A stretch of DNA of 63,999 bases, counting the filler, from Dimargaris cristalligena (lineage: Eukaryota), in the NCBI GenBank assembly GCA_003614675.1. It is 4 parts of 4 records of this genome, joined end to end, with 100 filler letters (N's around TTAATTAATTAA, not from the genome) between each part and the next. Parts side by side here need not be neighbours in the genome. Positions count along the whole stretch, not along the records: positions 34,157 to 51,083 come from ML002827.1; positions 51,184 to 63,999 come from ML003024.1; 2 more parts are not named here. One strand, 5' to 3'. Every line of letters begins with the position of its first letter. Position 1 is the first letter of the stretch. This document shows positions 47,175 through 59,864 of the stretch, piece by piece. The position numbers and the translations under genes are program-made. The notes below the pieces were generated by a model. The model was not told the DNA's origin, ran no database searches, and worked only from the letters and a program-made list of their open reading frames with translations.

Positions 47175-49371
47175 GTTGACTGACACTACGGGGGGAGGGG
47201 TGGAAATACGGTGAACTTGAAAAGGCCTAGTACAGTACGGGAGTGTATTAGACGCTGAAGGTCCAAAATGAAGGGAGGGGAGGGGGAAACGGGGCAGGAA
47301 GTGGTGGATAGAGGAAGGTTGGGGAAACGACGGTTAATGGGAGGGAAATTCCACCGTATTTATAATTCCGCCGTGGCGATCCACTTCGTACAACATCGAC
47401 TTTAACTGCTTCTCATCCTTGCCGACCCTATGTCTTCATTCGGCGGGTGGTACGCAGGGCTCCGTGTAACGCCACACGCCGGGCTACAGGTCCATCGAAA
47501 GCCACCTAATGCACCACCCCATTACAGTCCAATTGCATGTCGTACAAGCCTGCTCCCTGGCCAACCGGCTGCTCGAGTCCGATTAGCCGATAGTCGTTTC
47601 CCCGCTAACCTACGTTTGAGAAAAGGGCGTGATATTTGCAAGGGATACCACTGGCCTAGATGGAAACATGTATAAGCGGATCATAGTTCCATAAAGCGGA
47701 TATAGACTGGGCCCACCTTTGCTCTAGACGATAGCAAGAGATCCAATAGACCACAGGTTAGCGGCACAATGGTGGTGATCCCTGCATCCAACCAACCCTC
47801 CCACTGACCCATGTATGCCCTTTCGCTTGGTTTTGTTTTGGATTCATGGTCCGGGTAAGAACGAATCGCTAGATCGATGGCCAAGCCCCCACTTTCCTCT
47901 CTGACCATATACCTCTTCTCTTCCTTGCCCAACTCTTCTCATATTCGCCACCGATTACTCTGTATCACTGCCAATTGAACAATGGTGGATGTTCCATCTA
48001 ATGTAGCTTAAAAAGCAGCTAAGATGGCTTTGCCAAGTCCTGTCTTTTTCTAGAGGCGTATATATTTCCTCTTCTCGGGGATAATGGAAACACTGGTCCA
48101 ATAACCTCCCGGAAAGGTTTAATCGAGAACTTCCCTAGGTGCTGACCGGGGTATATTTTAAACCCTGGTCACTTCCCAGTTTCTCGGTCCACCCACCACC
48201 TCCCTTCGTTCGCTTTTAATTCCTTTGAGAAGATTCCGCATCAAAAAGCAGCCAAACAGGTATCAACTGCTTTGCAATTAGTGCTGCTCCCGTATATACA
48301 TATATCCATTTATAAGAGTGTCCTATTGCATCTCGACCTTCCTCTAACCGTCTACTGGAATGATATGATTGCTAATGTTGGCAACTCCCCCCTCTCCTCT
48401 GCTCCCCCTCGTGCGCCACCGTCCATGACTTTCATTCTTGACTTACCGACGCCAACCTAGCAACCAGGTCTTTTATGTGATTCCTTTACCAAGCATCTCA
48501 ATTCACCACTATTTCCTGGGTTATGGTGATTCTGGCCTGTTTTCTTTTTATTATATATACTATATTACTCGCGGCGGTGGCTTTCTAGAATGGGGTGTGC
48601 CCTTGATGAGTTCAGGGAATTGTCTCGTTATTAGTCTCGATAATATAGGTAAACCCTCTGAACACATCCCATTATTTCCTGGCTGTTACAAAAGCGCACA
48701 AGTAGGGAATACTGCACGCACGCACATTTTTTTTTTTTGGAATACCCTCAATATCATTCAATATACGCTGTTCTATATCAAAAACCCATTCCGACCCCAG
48801 TAAATTGAACATTCACCGCCCATATTGAAAAGTATGCTAGTGTATGTGAGTGGAAGCGGGGCGTTTTTTCGAGTATTTATATAATATAACATGTTTTTAG
48901 GAAGATTACAATAGGGTGGCACCCCGGTATTTAAGTGGGATGGCTAAACCTAAATTCAAGCATATTTTGATTTATTGGGAATCTTGGGAGGTTAAAAATG
49001 TAATAATAAAGGACTAGAACGGAGGTTAAAGGGGCACCACCTCCATATTCCAAGGTGTTCTATTTTTTTGTTTGGAAAAAAAATAGGCACGAAAATATAT
49101 AAAGCAAACTAAAGTCAAGAAAATATAGTCAACCGAGGACCAGCGAGTGGACGCAACATCCGTACCCGGGGTCCAAGTATAAGGCTTCGTTGGTTTGAAA
49201 TATGTAACGAAATAATGGGGATAAATCAATAGTGGTGTGTGGGTGGACGGAGTATATTTAGCTAAGGGAATGGATATACCTAGCCAAAACCGGTCGCCTT
49301 TCGAAATTGAGGCGTGGTGATGGCGGGTGGTTGACAAGGAGAGGAGGCGGACATGTTGATAATATAACCAC

Positions 49372-51057
49372 TTAATGACGTTTCTTTCCCTTCTTACTGC
49401 CACCCACAGTCTGGAATCCACTGAATCTGGACCCTTCGATGCTCACCGGTTCCTGACGACCATTATTACCCCCCGCTGCCTTATTGTGCCCCTGATCACC
49501 ACCACCACCACTACTACCGTGCACTTTAAGCGCATCCATATCCGACGCGGACAAAACTCCGGCATCGACTTGACGGCGTTTCACAAATTCGTGCGCAAAC
49601 CGGCGTCCGTCCAACGAGGAGGAGTTAGCGTACACCGATTCCTGGATAATTTCCAACGTGGACGGCGGGGGTTCCAGGGGGAACGTCAGGAGCATCTGGA
49701 TAAATTCGTCCACTTGGATACCCTTCATGGACTTCAGGGCTGTACGGCACCAACCCAAAAAGGCATCTGAGGGCAGTTTCAGCCCCTGGCTACCATTGCC
49801 GCCACGTCCGGACGTTTTACCGGCCGCGGCCTCTTTGTTGGTGCTGGTCTGGGACGAGGAACGGGACAGTTCCGTCGTGCGCTTAGTGTTAACACTTTCA
49901 GCGGGCGTAGGGGCATTGCTATTGGCACCAATGGGTGAACCCCGGGCATACACGTTGGCCACATCCGACACGGCACTGTGGTTGCTCGGGGTTTTATGCA
50001 GCGAGGCAATCGTGCTCCAGGCTGGAGCATCGCCATTGGTATGGGGACGTCCGGCGGCATCGGCGTAACGTTTGGCGCTACCAAGGGAATTACCTACCGC
50101 TTGGGTTTGAACCTGTTGTTGTTTAGCCGCCTTTTTTTCTTCTTCCTTCTGGATATCCAGCAGACTGGGTCCACGCTTAGAGTTGGCCGCCACCTTCTGC
50201 CAGGGGGCAACAGTGGAGGTAAGGTGACCTATTACTTCGGGTCCGCTACTCGTACTAGGTACTTCCGATGCGGGGGTTTCGGAAGCGGAGACGGAAACCG
50301 GGGCAGAAGGAGCCGCGGGTTGAGCGGATTTGGTAGCGGCCATTGGGGCTGATGTAGTATCGCTAGAGGCGTCATTGACCTTGGTCTGCTTAGCGGGGCT
50401 GGATTCGCTAGTCTGGTTCTTAGGGGATTGCGGGGAGGTGGCACCAGCCACGGCCGCAGCCAAAGTCGCAGGGATGGGCGACTGCTGCTTCGACTGAGAT
50501 TGCTGTTGCATTTGCAGATTCTTCAACAGGCTCGAGATGGTATTAGTCGAGGTGGACTGGGCGGGAGAAGACGCGGTCGGTTGCGGCTGGGGAGGGGGCG
50601 ACGAAGTAGCCGGGACAGTAGCCGGGGGAGGGGAAGTGACCGCGACGGAAGTGGTAGCCAGAGTAGCGGCGAGGGGAGTGGAAGTCGACTTCGTAGGCTG
50701 GACAGCCGGCTCGGAACTCGCGGGGGCCGCTGACATCGAAACGCTAGTAGCAGTATCGAGGGCATGCCCGCTATTAACACCAACCTGAGACAATCCGGTG
50801 GTGGAATGGTGTGACCCGATCTGGGTGTAAGTGGGCTGAGGCTGTTGTTGTTGTTGTTGTTGCTGCTGGAGATGATGCTGCTGTTGCTGTTGCAGACGAG
50901 CCAAAATGTCCAACCCAGGCTCGCCGCCATATTTATGGGCCTCCACCAACTCGTTTGCCCCTGCTCCACCAAACTGCATTTGGTTTTGGTTCAACGGACT
51001 AGGCTGATGTTGCAGGCGTTGGTGTAAAAACTGTTCGTAGGATTGGCGTTCAGTGTT
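49372..51057 (-). CDS. GIGYF/Smy2-like protein, 3' portion (5' end lost at the contig edge)
   Basis: Q-rich region, PSLLDIQKEEE, and the C-terminal FLGWCRTAL...EFIQMLLTFP...IIQESVYANSSSLDGRRFAHEFVKRR...FQTVGGSKKGKKRH typical of fungal GYF proteins. The GYF domain itself is not in the window. Confidence 0.8.
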   Translation of the reverse strand, partial: NTERQSYEQFLHQRLQHQPSPLNQNQMQFGGAGANELVEAHKYGGEPGLDILARLQQQQQHHLQQQQQQQQQPQPTYTQIGSHHSTTGLSQVGVNSGHALDTATSVSMSAAPASSEPAVQPTKSTSTPLAATLATTSVAVTSPPPATVPATSSPPPQPQPTASSPAQSTSTNTISSLLKNLQMQQQSQSKQQSPIPATLAAAVAGATSPQSPKNQTSESSPAKQTKVNDASSDTTSAPMAATKSAQPAAPSAPVSVSASETPASEVPSTSSGPEVIGHLTSTVAPWQKVAANSKRGPSLLDIQKEEEKKAAKQQQVQTQAVGNSLGSAKRYADAAGRPHTNGDAPAWSTIASLHKTPSNHSAVSDVANVYARGSPIGANSNAPTPAESVNTKRTTELSRSSSQTSTNKEAAAGKTSGRGGNGSQGLKLPSDAFLGWCRTALKSMKGIQVDEFIQMLLTFPLEPPPSTLEIIQESVYANSSSLDGRRFAHEFVKRRQVDAGVLSASDMDALKVHGSSGGGGDQGHNKAAGGNNGRQEPVSIEGSRFSGFQTVGGSKKGKKRH

Positions 51058-51083
51058 AAGTCCATGAAGGGTATCCAAGTGGA

Positions 51084-51183
51084 NNNNNNNNNNNNNNNNN
51101 NNNNNNNNNNNNNNNNNNNNNNNNNNNTTAATTAATTAANNNNNNNNNNNNNNNNNNNNNNNNNNNNNNNNNNNNNNNNNNNN
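51084..51183. other. Artificial contig linker
   Basis: N44-TTAATTAATTAA-N44. Confidence 0.98.
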
Positions 51184-51323
51184 TAGGCTTCCTCTTTTGA
51201 GTATAAATACTCCCACTTGCTGCCACCTCTTGGAACAGTAAGTCTATCATCACCTTTCCCTTTTTATCACCTATCTTTGTGAATAAAGTTCAGTTTTCAA
51301 GGATTTGATTTCAGTTCTTTACA
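51184..51323 (+). mobile_element. Probable 3' half of another LTR at the contig start
   Basis: TATAAATA, then AATAAA, then a terminal TTCTTTACA; no CpG. Confidence 0.45.
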
Positions 51324-51630
51324 ATGGCTATACTAATAGTTCCAGTATACAGGCTATTTATTTAGTTAATTTTACTTGTAATTCAACTGGGGCCTGAATT
51401 TAAACAATCTAAGCCCTAAAACTAAAGGCTTTAGATCAGTTGTCATAGTATTATTATTCTTATAATCAGACTTTTATTTTATAAGAAACTATTCCAAGAT
51501 ATTAAATCATATAATTCTAGGTATTTCTGGTAGACCTTTTAAAGTAGAGCATCAGAATTACAGTACCAAGTACTACCATCATGCAGATTCTGCTTAATAC
51601 AATATATCTGTCTAAAAAATAAATGATTAC

Positions 51631-52215
51631 TGTTACCTGGGTTAACCACTCTTAGTCCATCAAGGGTCCCAGGGATAGGCTTTTAATGGTAGACAGGGCT
51701 TAGGCTTGGCCAATTATCTACTAGTATTAGGATGGGGGGCAGGGTACTAACCAATAAAGGATAGGTGCAGATAAATGCAAGGGATGTGCAGTGGCATACT
51801 TACTGGCTAGTCGGGGGAGTGAGTATATATAGAGTTTATTGAGGTAATCTGGGGGATATGAATAAGCTAAGCTGTTGAACCAGTCCTAGTGGGGCCTGGT
51901 TATATATACGTGGAGACAGCTCCAGAGGGAGGTCCCAAGGGAAATACTACTAAGACTAGGGTATGGATAGGTAAAAGAGTCCAACCAGGTGACTTCACAT
52001 CGGGAAGACTCTTATGGGAACTGGAAGAGTCTTGGATTAGTAAGTTGAGTGTTTGAGGTGTAAAGTGTTGGGATTAGAATGCTTGGGGTTATATAATAAA
52101 TGATGACCCTATAATACTGGGGGTGACTATAGGGGAGGGTTAATATGGCACTATAAGGCCTAATAAAGATGGGTGATCATTAGGTCTGGATTAAGTCAGA
52201 TTAGGAGGGTCAACA
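51631..52215 (-). mobile_element. Solo LTR, ~585-bp family, copy 2
   Basis: TGTTACC...GGTCAACA termini with a near-perfect 5-bp TSD (ATTAC/ATTAT). TATA and AATAAA signals are on the minus strand. Confidence 0.87.
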
Positions 52216-52354
52216 ATTATATAATAAATTATTATTCACATAGTATTGAAGTAAAATAACTTCATGGCAAAAATATGATCAAGCCTTATGATAGGTTCCT
52301 AATCCTGGCAGCACCACTAAATTCTCCCTAATAGGGAAGTCTGGGACTACACCT

Positions 52355-53470
52355 TGAAATAACAACATAATTTCTGATGTTTCTAGTCATTCAATTGGGT
52401 CAAAGAGGAAGGTGGAAATAAGCAGTTTAATTGATGTGGTGATTTATGCATAGGGAATAGAAATTGATGGGAAGCGGAGACATGATGTGATAGATGAACA
52501 TACTAAGAATGAACAATAAGGGCGACTATGATGCTTATTGTACAAAGCAAGTTGAAAGTATCAAGGATATGGCAGTACTGTTCTTGGCTGCTGTTGGGAT
52601 GAGGGTGGTACTCTTCAAGGGGATGTTTTCCTTTTACAAATGAGTGGAGGTTACCATCGACTGTGAAAGGCCTAGTGTCTTCTGGGAATAGGTGCACACC
52701 TCGCATCAGCACTTGTAATAGAACCAGGCCTGTGGTCTTCATATTTGGGCTTAGTTGGAAGGGCGAACACAATATCAGACTTGAACATGAATTAGCTATG
52801 CTGCTATCACTTCTCGAAATAAACCGTATTAATGTGTTCTACGACTATATTCACCATTGCTGATGAAGGAACTTCAAAATCTGAAGCAGAACCATGGACT
52901 GCAAAGGCCATTTGGGAGTAGAATGGCCTTCTTCCTTAAGGTCCAAGTCAATGGCAAAAACCGCCATTTGACCACCCCGTATGAAATGTCCACTATGGTT
53001 TCCATAATAGAAGGCTTCGGATGGGCTTCATTTTGTACTCGCTTTTGTCGCGCTGTTTCCCACTTGATATGCACTACTCCCTGCCCCAGATAAGCTAGGT
53101 TATTTGAAAGGAATATAAAGCTCATTGCATATTCCCCCCCTATGGCTGTTTATTATTCAATCCAGATACCAGTTAATCCAAGACTGTTGCGATTTTAACT
53201 AAAACCTTTAAGGGCAACAGGTACCGGCCCAGTAGGGACTACCCTACAATCAATCCCATTACTCCAATAATAAAGCCCGTCAAGTGGGCTTTCCAAAAGA
53301 TAAGTAAATTTTTTTATATTGTAGTGCTTTTTGTTTATATATTTTTATTTTCCGAACATATGAGGTCGCCAGATTTCTATGATTTGCACCAGTGGTTCAT
53401 ATCTAACGAGTTTTTTTATTCATATCCATAATAATCACTAACAACCTATTTCTATAATGTATAATCTAAT
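52355..53470 (+). repeat. Diverged ~1.1-kb duplication, copy A (copy B ~61610-62695)
   Basis: Shared colinear blocks: TACAAATGAG, TGTGGTCTT, TGGAAGGG, TTCTCGAA, TATGAAATG, CCCACTTGATA, AGTAGGGACTA, TCAAGTGGGCTTTCCAAAAG, TGCACCAGTGGTTCATAT and TGTATAATCT. Boundaries are approximate. Confidence 0.8.
53190..53433 (+). pseudogene. Degenerate copy of the 62436-62690 micro-gene
   Basis: Encodes RPSRDYPTINPITPIIKPVKWAFQK|MRSPDFYDLHQWFISN, but the donor reads ATAAGT (53300), the acceptor reads CAT (53357-53359), and there is no ATG at the equivalent start. Confidence 0.55.
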
Positions 53471-55212
53471 TTCCACCACATATTTTATTAGCTGAAACTT
53501 GTATTCCGGTTGCAAAAAAGTCAATAGCATTGTTCAACAATTACAGTATCCCCCTTACCTCGGACTATGTGTAATCCCTTGATTCTACACCCATTTGCGT
53601 GCATTACACATGAGACAACCCTACCACCCCCACCCATTCTAATCATTGGCCGCTATGAATCTTGCTTGTCTGCGGTTCCAAACCCTCACAGGTTTTTCCT
53701 TACATATTACAAACCTCCGTGTTAGTTAATGTTGCAGTGATCTATTGGTATCACGCTATTACCCTACTTTTTTTTAAAAAAATATATATTCATACCTTAT
53801 TTGTTCTTTTAATGGTAATCATTATAGTTAAGATGATTCAGCTTGAGAATATCAACAACCGAAACCATAATCAAACCTACAGCCATAGCAGGGGCCGACC
53901 CCGGCTACTAAAGCAGTACAGCTCCCCTGGAACCAACCGATATAATCGGGACTACTACCCTAGACACGCCGTCAGTAAACTAGGGTGTGTTATATCCACC
54001 CACGACCCGACCTGGGACTGTTTGTTAACCACGACCACTCCCTGAGCACCACAACGGTTCATCATAAGGACTATTATTCCCGAAGATTCGTTGAATACAT
54101 TTTCGACCCCCTACATCTATCGGATGCTATTTTTTGGTCATATATAAGTGTATCGGCCTCGCATCCTGACCCTTTAGTTTAATAGCGTTCACAAAGCTTT
54201 CCATTTAGATTCACACTCTGCAATCCTTTTTAATAAAATCATCCATATCCCTCAATATTTAACAGGGCCGCTAGATTGATTCAGGGAGTAAAATATAACC
54301 TTAATATGCGAAAGATTGGCGGATAGTAGCAGACTGCAAGGGTGGTGGTGACCACCAGGCTCAGGCAGATGGTCTAGTTGCCGTGTATTATTTCTGTTGA
54401 TTTTTATTTTATTTGCGTCGCCTTTAATCGAATGGATTTTTACACCCTCTCCCCTATTCCATGATCTATAAATATGGCACGTGGGCTTTTAGTCAATCCT
54501 TCACCAAAGTTCCTTGGTGGTGGTCATCGGTGATTCCTTATTGGCCAAACGTAACCATGTCAGCAGCCCCATTTGAGTGATCTAAAACCTGGTCTCCAAC
54601 CGAGTCCAGTGTAGACTCCCATCACTTGTGTTTAATGTATACGGGCATTACTCCTGTTAAGAAGCTACAGGGGGGGATGGAGCCCAGTGGAAGGCTAAAG
54701 GGATAAATAATAAGCTAGGGAGGTGTGAGGTGTGGTTATTTCCCCTGGTTACCCAAGACCATTAGGATTCAATAATGAATATGATATTAGCATATCCAAC
54801 TACTTTGCTACTTACTTTGTTCACGTAAGAAATCAATCTTATATGCTATTTGCTTTTGCTCTTCTTAGGTCACCATATCACAAAGGATATTTCATAGAGG
54901 TATTCTTATTTCCATGCACCTAAGCACATGGCAGAAATGTATTACGTGCATTTAAAAGAATGCCCTGTAGGCTTATTGGAAAGTGTGGTAGAGGATTGTT
55001 GTGCTGACTTTATCACCTCCACTGTTAAGAAGTAGTATCCAGCATTCCACTATTGAGGAGACCCTCCCTCACCTGGCTGGTAGTGAATCAACCCACCTTG
55101 TAACTGGGGATACTCTGGAATAATCTCTAATCAAAAATTTAGGTTGCTAAATAAATGCTACAAGAAGAGGGTCGATTTATATCTGAACCCCACTTAGGGG
55201 TTATTCCGGATG

Positions 55213-56330
55213 ATTGTTATCAAGTCCATGAAGGGTGGGGTGTTGGGCCAGTGGTTTGAGGCCCCTCCCTTCTGGGACTAAGGCTGGGGTTAGACCCCTT
55301 GTCCTCCCCGGGGTTGGCAGGGTCACTGGACGTTAGGTTTGGAGGGCTCAAGGCACTTGGGCAAAACATGGAGAACTTGGGAAACAGTCCCTCAGCTAAT
55401 CGGATTGGCTCGGAACTGTGCTCAGAGGTCGAACTGGGATATGATGCAAAATGTTCCAAGAAAAATGGTCCTACACTCCCGTCATCAGAGTTAGGTGCTG
55501 GAGGAGCCATGGTGGCTACATGCTGAAAAGTAAGATAATGAAATTAAGAAAATGAAAAATAGACTTCCAGTTGAAGTCCTTAGCTGATGCTGGGTAAAAC
55601 ACTGGGTGAAGTTAAAACAGATATTTATTCCAAATAATAAAAACTTATCTCAAAGATAACCTATCTCAAAAGTAACTTGCCATTTTAAGGGCTGACTGGG
55701 GATACTATATATATGCAAATTGATACTATGAACTTAGAGCTATACTACTACTTTTAGGACATCATCCTTGGATGGACTAACAACCATAAAACCACAAAGG
55801 GAAAAACTGGCTGGTTCTTCAAGTTTAAATACTGTGTAAAAGAGAAAGAAAAGAAATATGAGAAAATGGAAGACAAGATTGCCCTGGATCCGTCGGGGCA
55901 TTCTTGAAGGTGAAATATGGAAGAAAAGGATATGGGAAAATGGAAACCAAAATTGCCTCGGATCAGCTGGGGCATTCTTGAAGGTGGAATATGGAAGACT
56001 TTGACATTGCTCGCTTGTTTCAGTGTGAGCACTGTTCGCAGCAAAGGTATAGCTATGGATCTGGGGTGCACAGGCATTATGGATGGAGTGTGATGACTAA
56101 TTAGTCTCATGGAAAGGGAAAACTGTCCTGTCCCTTGGCAGTACATGGGGTGGAGGAGGGCTTGCTACTGAGATTGTCTGGTTGGGTTTGGCTCTGGACT
56201 AGGGGTTCCCGACCCTGGCCAGAACTAATGATGGCTGAAGGGAAGCTAACCTGCACAGCTCGTAAGTGATGTTAGACTGGTGACGTCCATCTTAAACCAT
56301 GACTTGTCATTTGAGTTGATGTAGGGGTCT
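55213..56330 (-). mobile_element. CpG-poor repeat-like remnant with a short truncated ORF (55220-55510)
   Basis: CpG-poor. On the minus strand a TATA and an AATAAA precede a P/S-rich ORF. No diagnostic domain or termini were found. Confidence 0.3.
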
Positions 56331-56734
56331 AATAAAAGTTCTTCAATGGCTCTAATTCAGACCAGCCATCCGTCCAGCAATAATGTAAATGTGACGGGGG
56401 ATAGTTGTAATCACATCTGCGTGATTGGGCCTGGCTAATAGAAACCATTTGTATCAGGTAAATTTAGCTGATCAACCTACGCTTAAGGACAGATATTTAG
56501 GTCATAAAACCACCTATAAGCAATCCCTAATTTAGCACTCATCAGGGTCTAACCACTCCCGCCACTAACCATAATAATAAGCCAATCTTGTACACGGTGG
56601 TTGCTGTCTAGATCAAGGATTTAATAATAATTTTGCACTAGTATTTCCCTTCTTATCCTAACACAACAATTAGGTACCATAATATATAGAATATTACTAA
56701 ATAAGTGTTCCTTCAATAACCCTGCGTGTACATG

Positions 56735-58847
56735 CTAGGACTGCTGACATTTCAGTCCATAGGAGGCAAACAGGCCCGGCAATTTGTGCTTAATGGGTCC
56801 GACATTGCCCGATACCACCAAAGTCGGTTCAGAGGCCAACATGTACTGGACAAGGCGGTAGAGGTCCACCTTGGTCACCCGGTCGATGGAGGCGCACATC
56901 TGGGCCGGGGTCAGGGCCGCATTGAACCCCTGAATCTGGCGTCCCAGATCCTCCAGTTGAATGGGCCGGCTTTCCAAGTTCATCATGAGACTGGATTTGA
57001 GTTGGTTTTTGGCCCGGGCCACTTCGGTATCGTGGAGCCCGAAGCAGAGGGAGGCCAGGCGGGTCTGTACGACTGGCGATTGGGCGAGTTCGGAGTTAGG
57101 CAGGTAGGAAGAGGAGGACGGGTCATTTGCAGTAGTAGTACCCCGTGTTTCGGGTGTGGTCCGACTGGGGGAAGACATGCCTGGTGATGGGGGCAAGAGG
57201 GCCACCAACTGGCGTATGATCACTTCCAGCATCGAATGGGTGGCACTTGATTCACAAATAGCCGAAATGCCAAACAAGCTAGAGTCTCGGTAACTGAAAG
57301 TGAATGCCGCGCAGGATTCCACAAACATGTAACGGTTCAGGACCTGGGTATAAAGGCGGGAGTACATACCCTTACCCGGCCCCCCTGCCGAGAATGAATC
57401 ACCCCCACCGAGGAGAATTTGGAGAACAGCTAAAGGGTAAATGGCCGAGCTATTCATGCCCGGGGCCCGGAAAGCCAGGTGGATGTGGGTTTGGGGGGCC
57501 TCCGGGAGGTCTTTCAAAAGGGTTCCGCCCGTATAATGGGCCGGCTGGCTCACCAGGGTCGGAACGTCCATGGCTGAGGTTGAGGAGGCCGCGGCAGAAT
57601 CATCCGTGGTGGACCGGAAGAGTTTGGAGGCAGTTTGGCCAAAGGAGCCTAAAAGCGACGAGGTCCGACTGGTGGGGGTAGAAGAAGGAGTAGGGGCAGG
57701 GGTGGCGTCCGGAACGACGGGGGATGGCGACACGGCGGCCGGGTCGTGGGCTGACGGGAGGGGGCCGGGTTCGTATTTATCCGAAATGGCCACGGTAGGG
57801 TGGCGACGGAACGCCGGGTGGGGTTTCATTTGCCCATAGTGTAGCTTTACCAAGGCACACACTTCATCATGGGGTGCCCCAATCGCGGAAATGACGAGCC
57901 GGTCGGCCGTAAACCACTGGCCCAGGAAATGACGCAGCTTTTCCGCACTCATCGTCGCCAATACCTCTTCAGAGCACAATTGGGGGTTACCGAGCGTATT
58001 ACCCCGGTACGCCACCTGGTGCAACGTTTCGGGGAGGTTGAGTTCGGGTTTGGCCTCGATTTCGGCCAGTTCCCAGGCGATGATTTGCCGCTGCTCGTCA
58101 ATTTCGTGGTCCAGCAGCGCTGGCCGTTGAATCACGTCGGCGAAGAGGGACACGATCCGGGGCAGGTCGGTGGGGAACACCGAGGCTTGGAAAATGAGGT
58201 TTTCCCGCGAACTAGCCCGCTGGATATTACCCCCCATGGACTCCACCAACTCGCTGATTTCTTCGGCCGTTTGCCGGGAGGTGCTTTTGAACGCCATCCG
58301 GTCGAGCATATGGGTGCAACCTCTCGTCTGGGGGGTTTCCACGCGGGACCCGACATCCAAGTAGGCCCCGAACCCACAGAAATAGCCAGGAGTCGTATGG
58401 GTGGCTACCCGAATGCCATTCGGTAGGACGGTGACCCGCGGACCTTCGTCACCGACCGGGGCTTTAGGTTCGGACCCGAGGGAGATATGCTTCTGAGCGC
58501 CAAATAGTTGAGGGGAGGAGTAGATAGAAAGGAACCAGGGAAAGCCCACCCATGGGCACCGGCAAGAGACGACATTCAAAATTGAGAAATGGGGTTAGGA
58601 CGCATTCCAACTGACGTGTTCATGCCGAATAATCGGAGGAGAATGGGGGTACAGAGGCTTAGACTGGGTGGCGCTGTATAGTATTGATAAGGCAAGCCGG
58701 AGCGAGATTAGCTACGGTGAAATGGGTTACCTGGTGGAAAGTGCTACAGCGCAGGGTGCGTTGGGTCGACCATTGCGGACGAAGGAGTCGGGATAAACCA
58801 ACGATCGGCCCCTTGGTGGCCCGTAACGATAGATTATGACCCAGCAT
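56735..58847 (-). CDS. MAS2: Mitochondrial processing peptidase alpha subunit
   Basis: Exon 1 (58731-58847) encodes an Arg-rich presequence. Intron 58493-58730 (GTAACC...CCTAAC...CAG). Exon 2 (56735-58492) has VTVLPNGIRVA, HMLDRMAFKST (inactive-site variant), the Gly-rich loop GGGDSFSAGGPGKGMYSRLY and RAKNQLKSSLMMNLES. Confidence 0.95.
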
Positions 58848-59759
58848 GGTGGGAATAGATTACAACTAGAAAGACAAGTAAACTGGAAAGAATGACTTGA
58901 TCAACCAGCGGGAAAATCGAACAAACTAAGGTGTTTGGAAAGGGAATGGGAACTTATTTGACAGCTAGTCCAGGCTTTAGGAAAGGTGTGCGAAGGTGGT
59001 GGGCAACGTGTACCCGAAAATGATGATATTTCCACACACCCCAGTTAAACGGGTCGATCTGTCATCCATAGTTGGTCTCCAGCCACTCCAGACTCAGCAG
59101 ACTGCTTGCTCTCCTAGTGGACTGGATAACGGGCGCAGACTCCGTATTCCTTTCCACTGGTTCAGAAATTCAATCACATAGTTACTGCGGATCTGATACG
59201 TAATTGGAATAGGCTGCTTTACTATACATGTATAAAACATCAAGCCTATCACGTGTGATGGGATGTTAAAGATAATCACAATGTTTGGAATAGTATCTAA
59301 TGAAAAGGGCTCATAGTTATTGATAATTAGTGAATACTCAGCAAAAGTAATATTTATTAAGAAAGACGCATTGTTAACGACAAGGGATACCAATGCTACT
59401 GTTTTTAAGAGTCTTGGTACTAGTATTATCGTAATTACTTAATTTCAGTCAGCAGGTAATATGGGCGGGACCTGGGGTAATCGACGAGCCTGTGGGCAAG
59501 GCACACTATAGTGGGCTGAGGGCTGTGGGTCGATTCCATAATTGCAAAAATACATCAGTACCGTTAGGTTTCTGACGATTTCCCGAGGTTAAGCCGGGAT
59601 GTGCCAAGCCTAGAAAGCCCGTAATCTTTCCTTAATAGTCTAAGGCTGTACCCGCCCAACTACAATAGTTGTGAGTTCCGATTTTTGGTGACCCGACCGA
59701 AGGACAGGTAGCGATGCCTCCTAAACACTAATTGGGAAACATCACGCTACAAGTTTATT

Positions 59760-59864
59760 TTACTTGGCCTTTGGGTCGACGGTCACATAGTCGCGACCAA
59801 GGCCCCCCGAGTGGTCCATAATTTTTCCTTGGAGACGGTTGTTATATGTGCTGGTTGGTGCCAT
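59760..59864 (-). CDS. Candidate 34-aa small ORF (MAPTSTYNNRLQGKIMDHSGGLGRDYVTVDPKAK)
   Basis: TATAAATA at 60024-60031, a C/T/A-rich leader, a good start context (CACAATGG) and AATAAA directly after the stop. Confidence 0.35.
   Translation of the reverse strand: MAPTSTYNNRLQGKIMDHSGGLGRDYVTVDPKAK

Noticed and set aside
55222..55236. 15-nt match (AAGTCCATGAAGGGT) to the chimeric contig end at 51058
   Set aside because: No flanking similarity and it is on a different contig; treated as coincidence.
57040..57810. Two low-complexity insertions in MAS2
   Set aside because: Variable S/P/T-rich loops are common in fungal MPP alpha, and there are no intein motifs.
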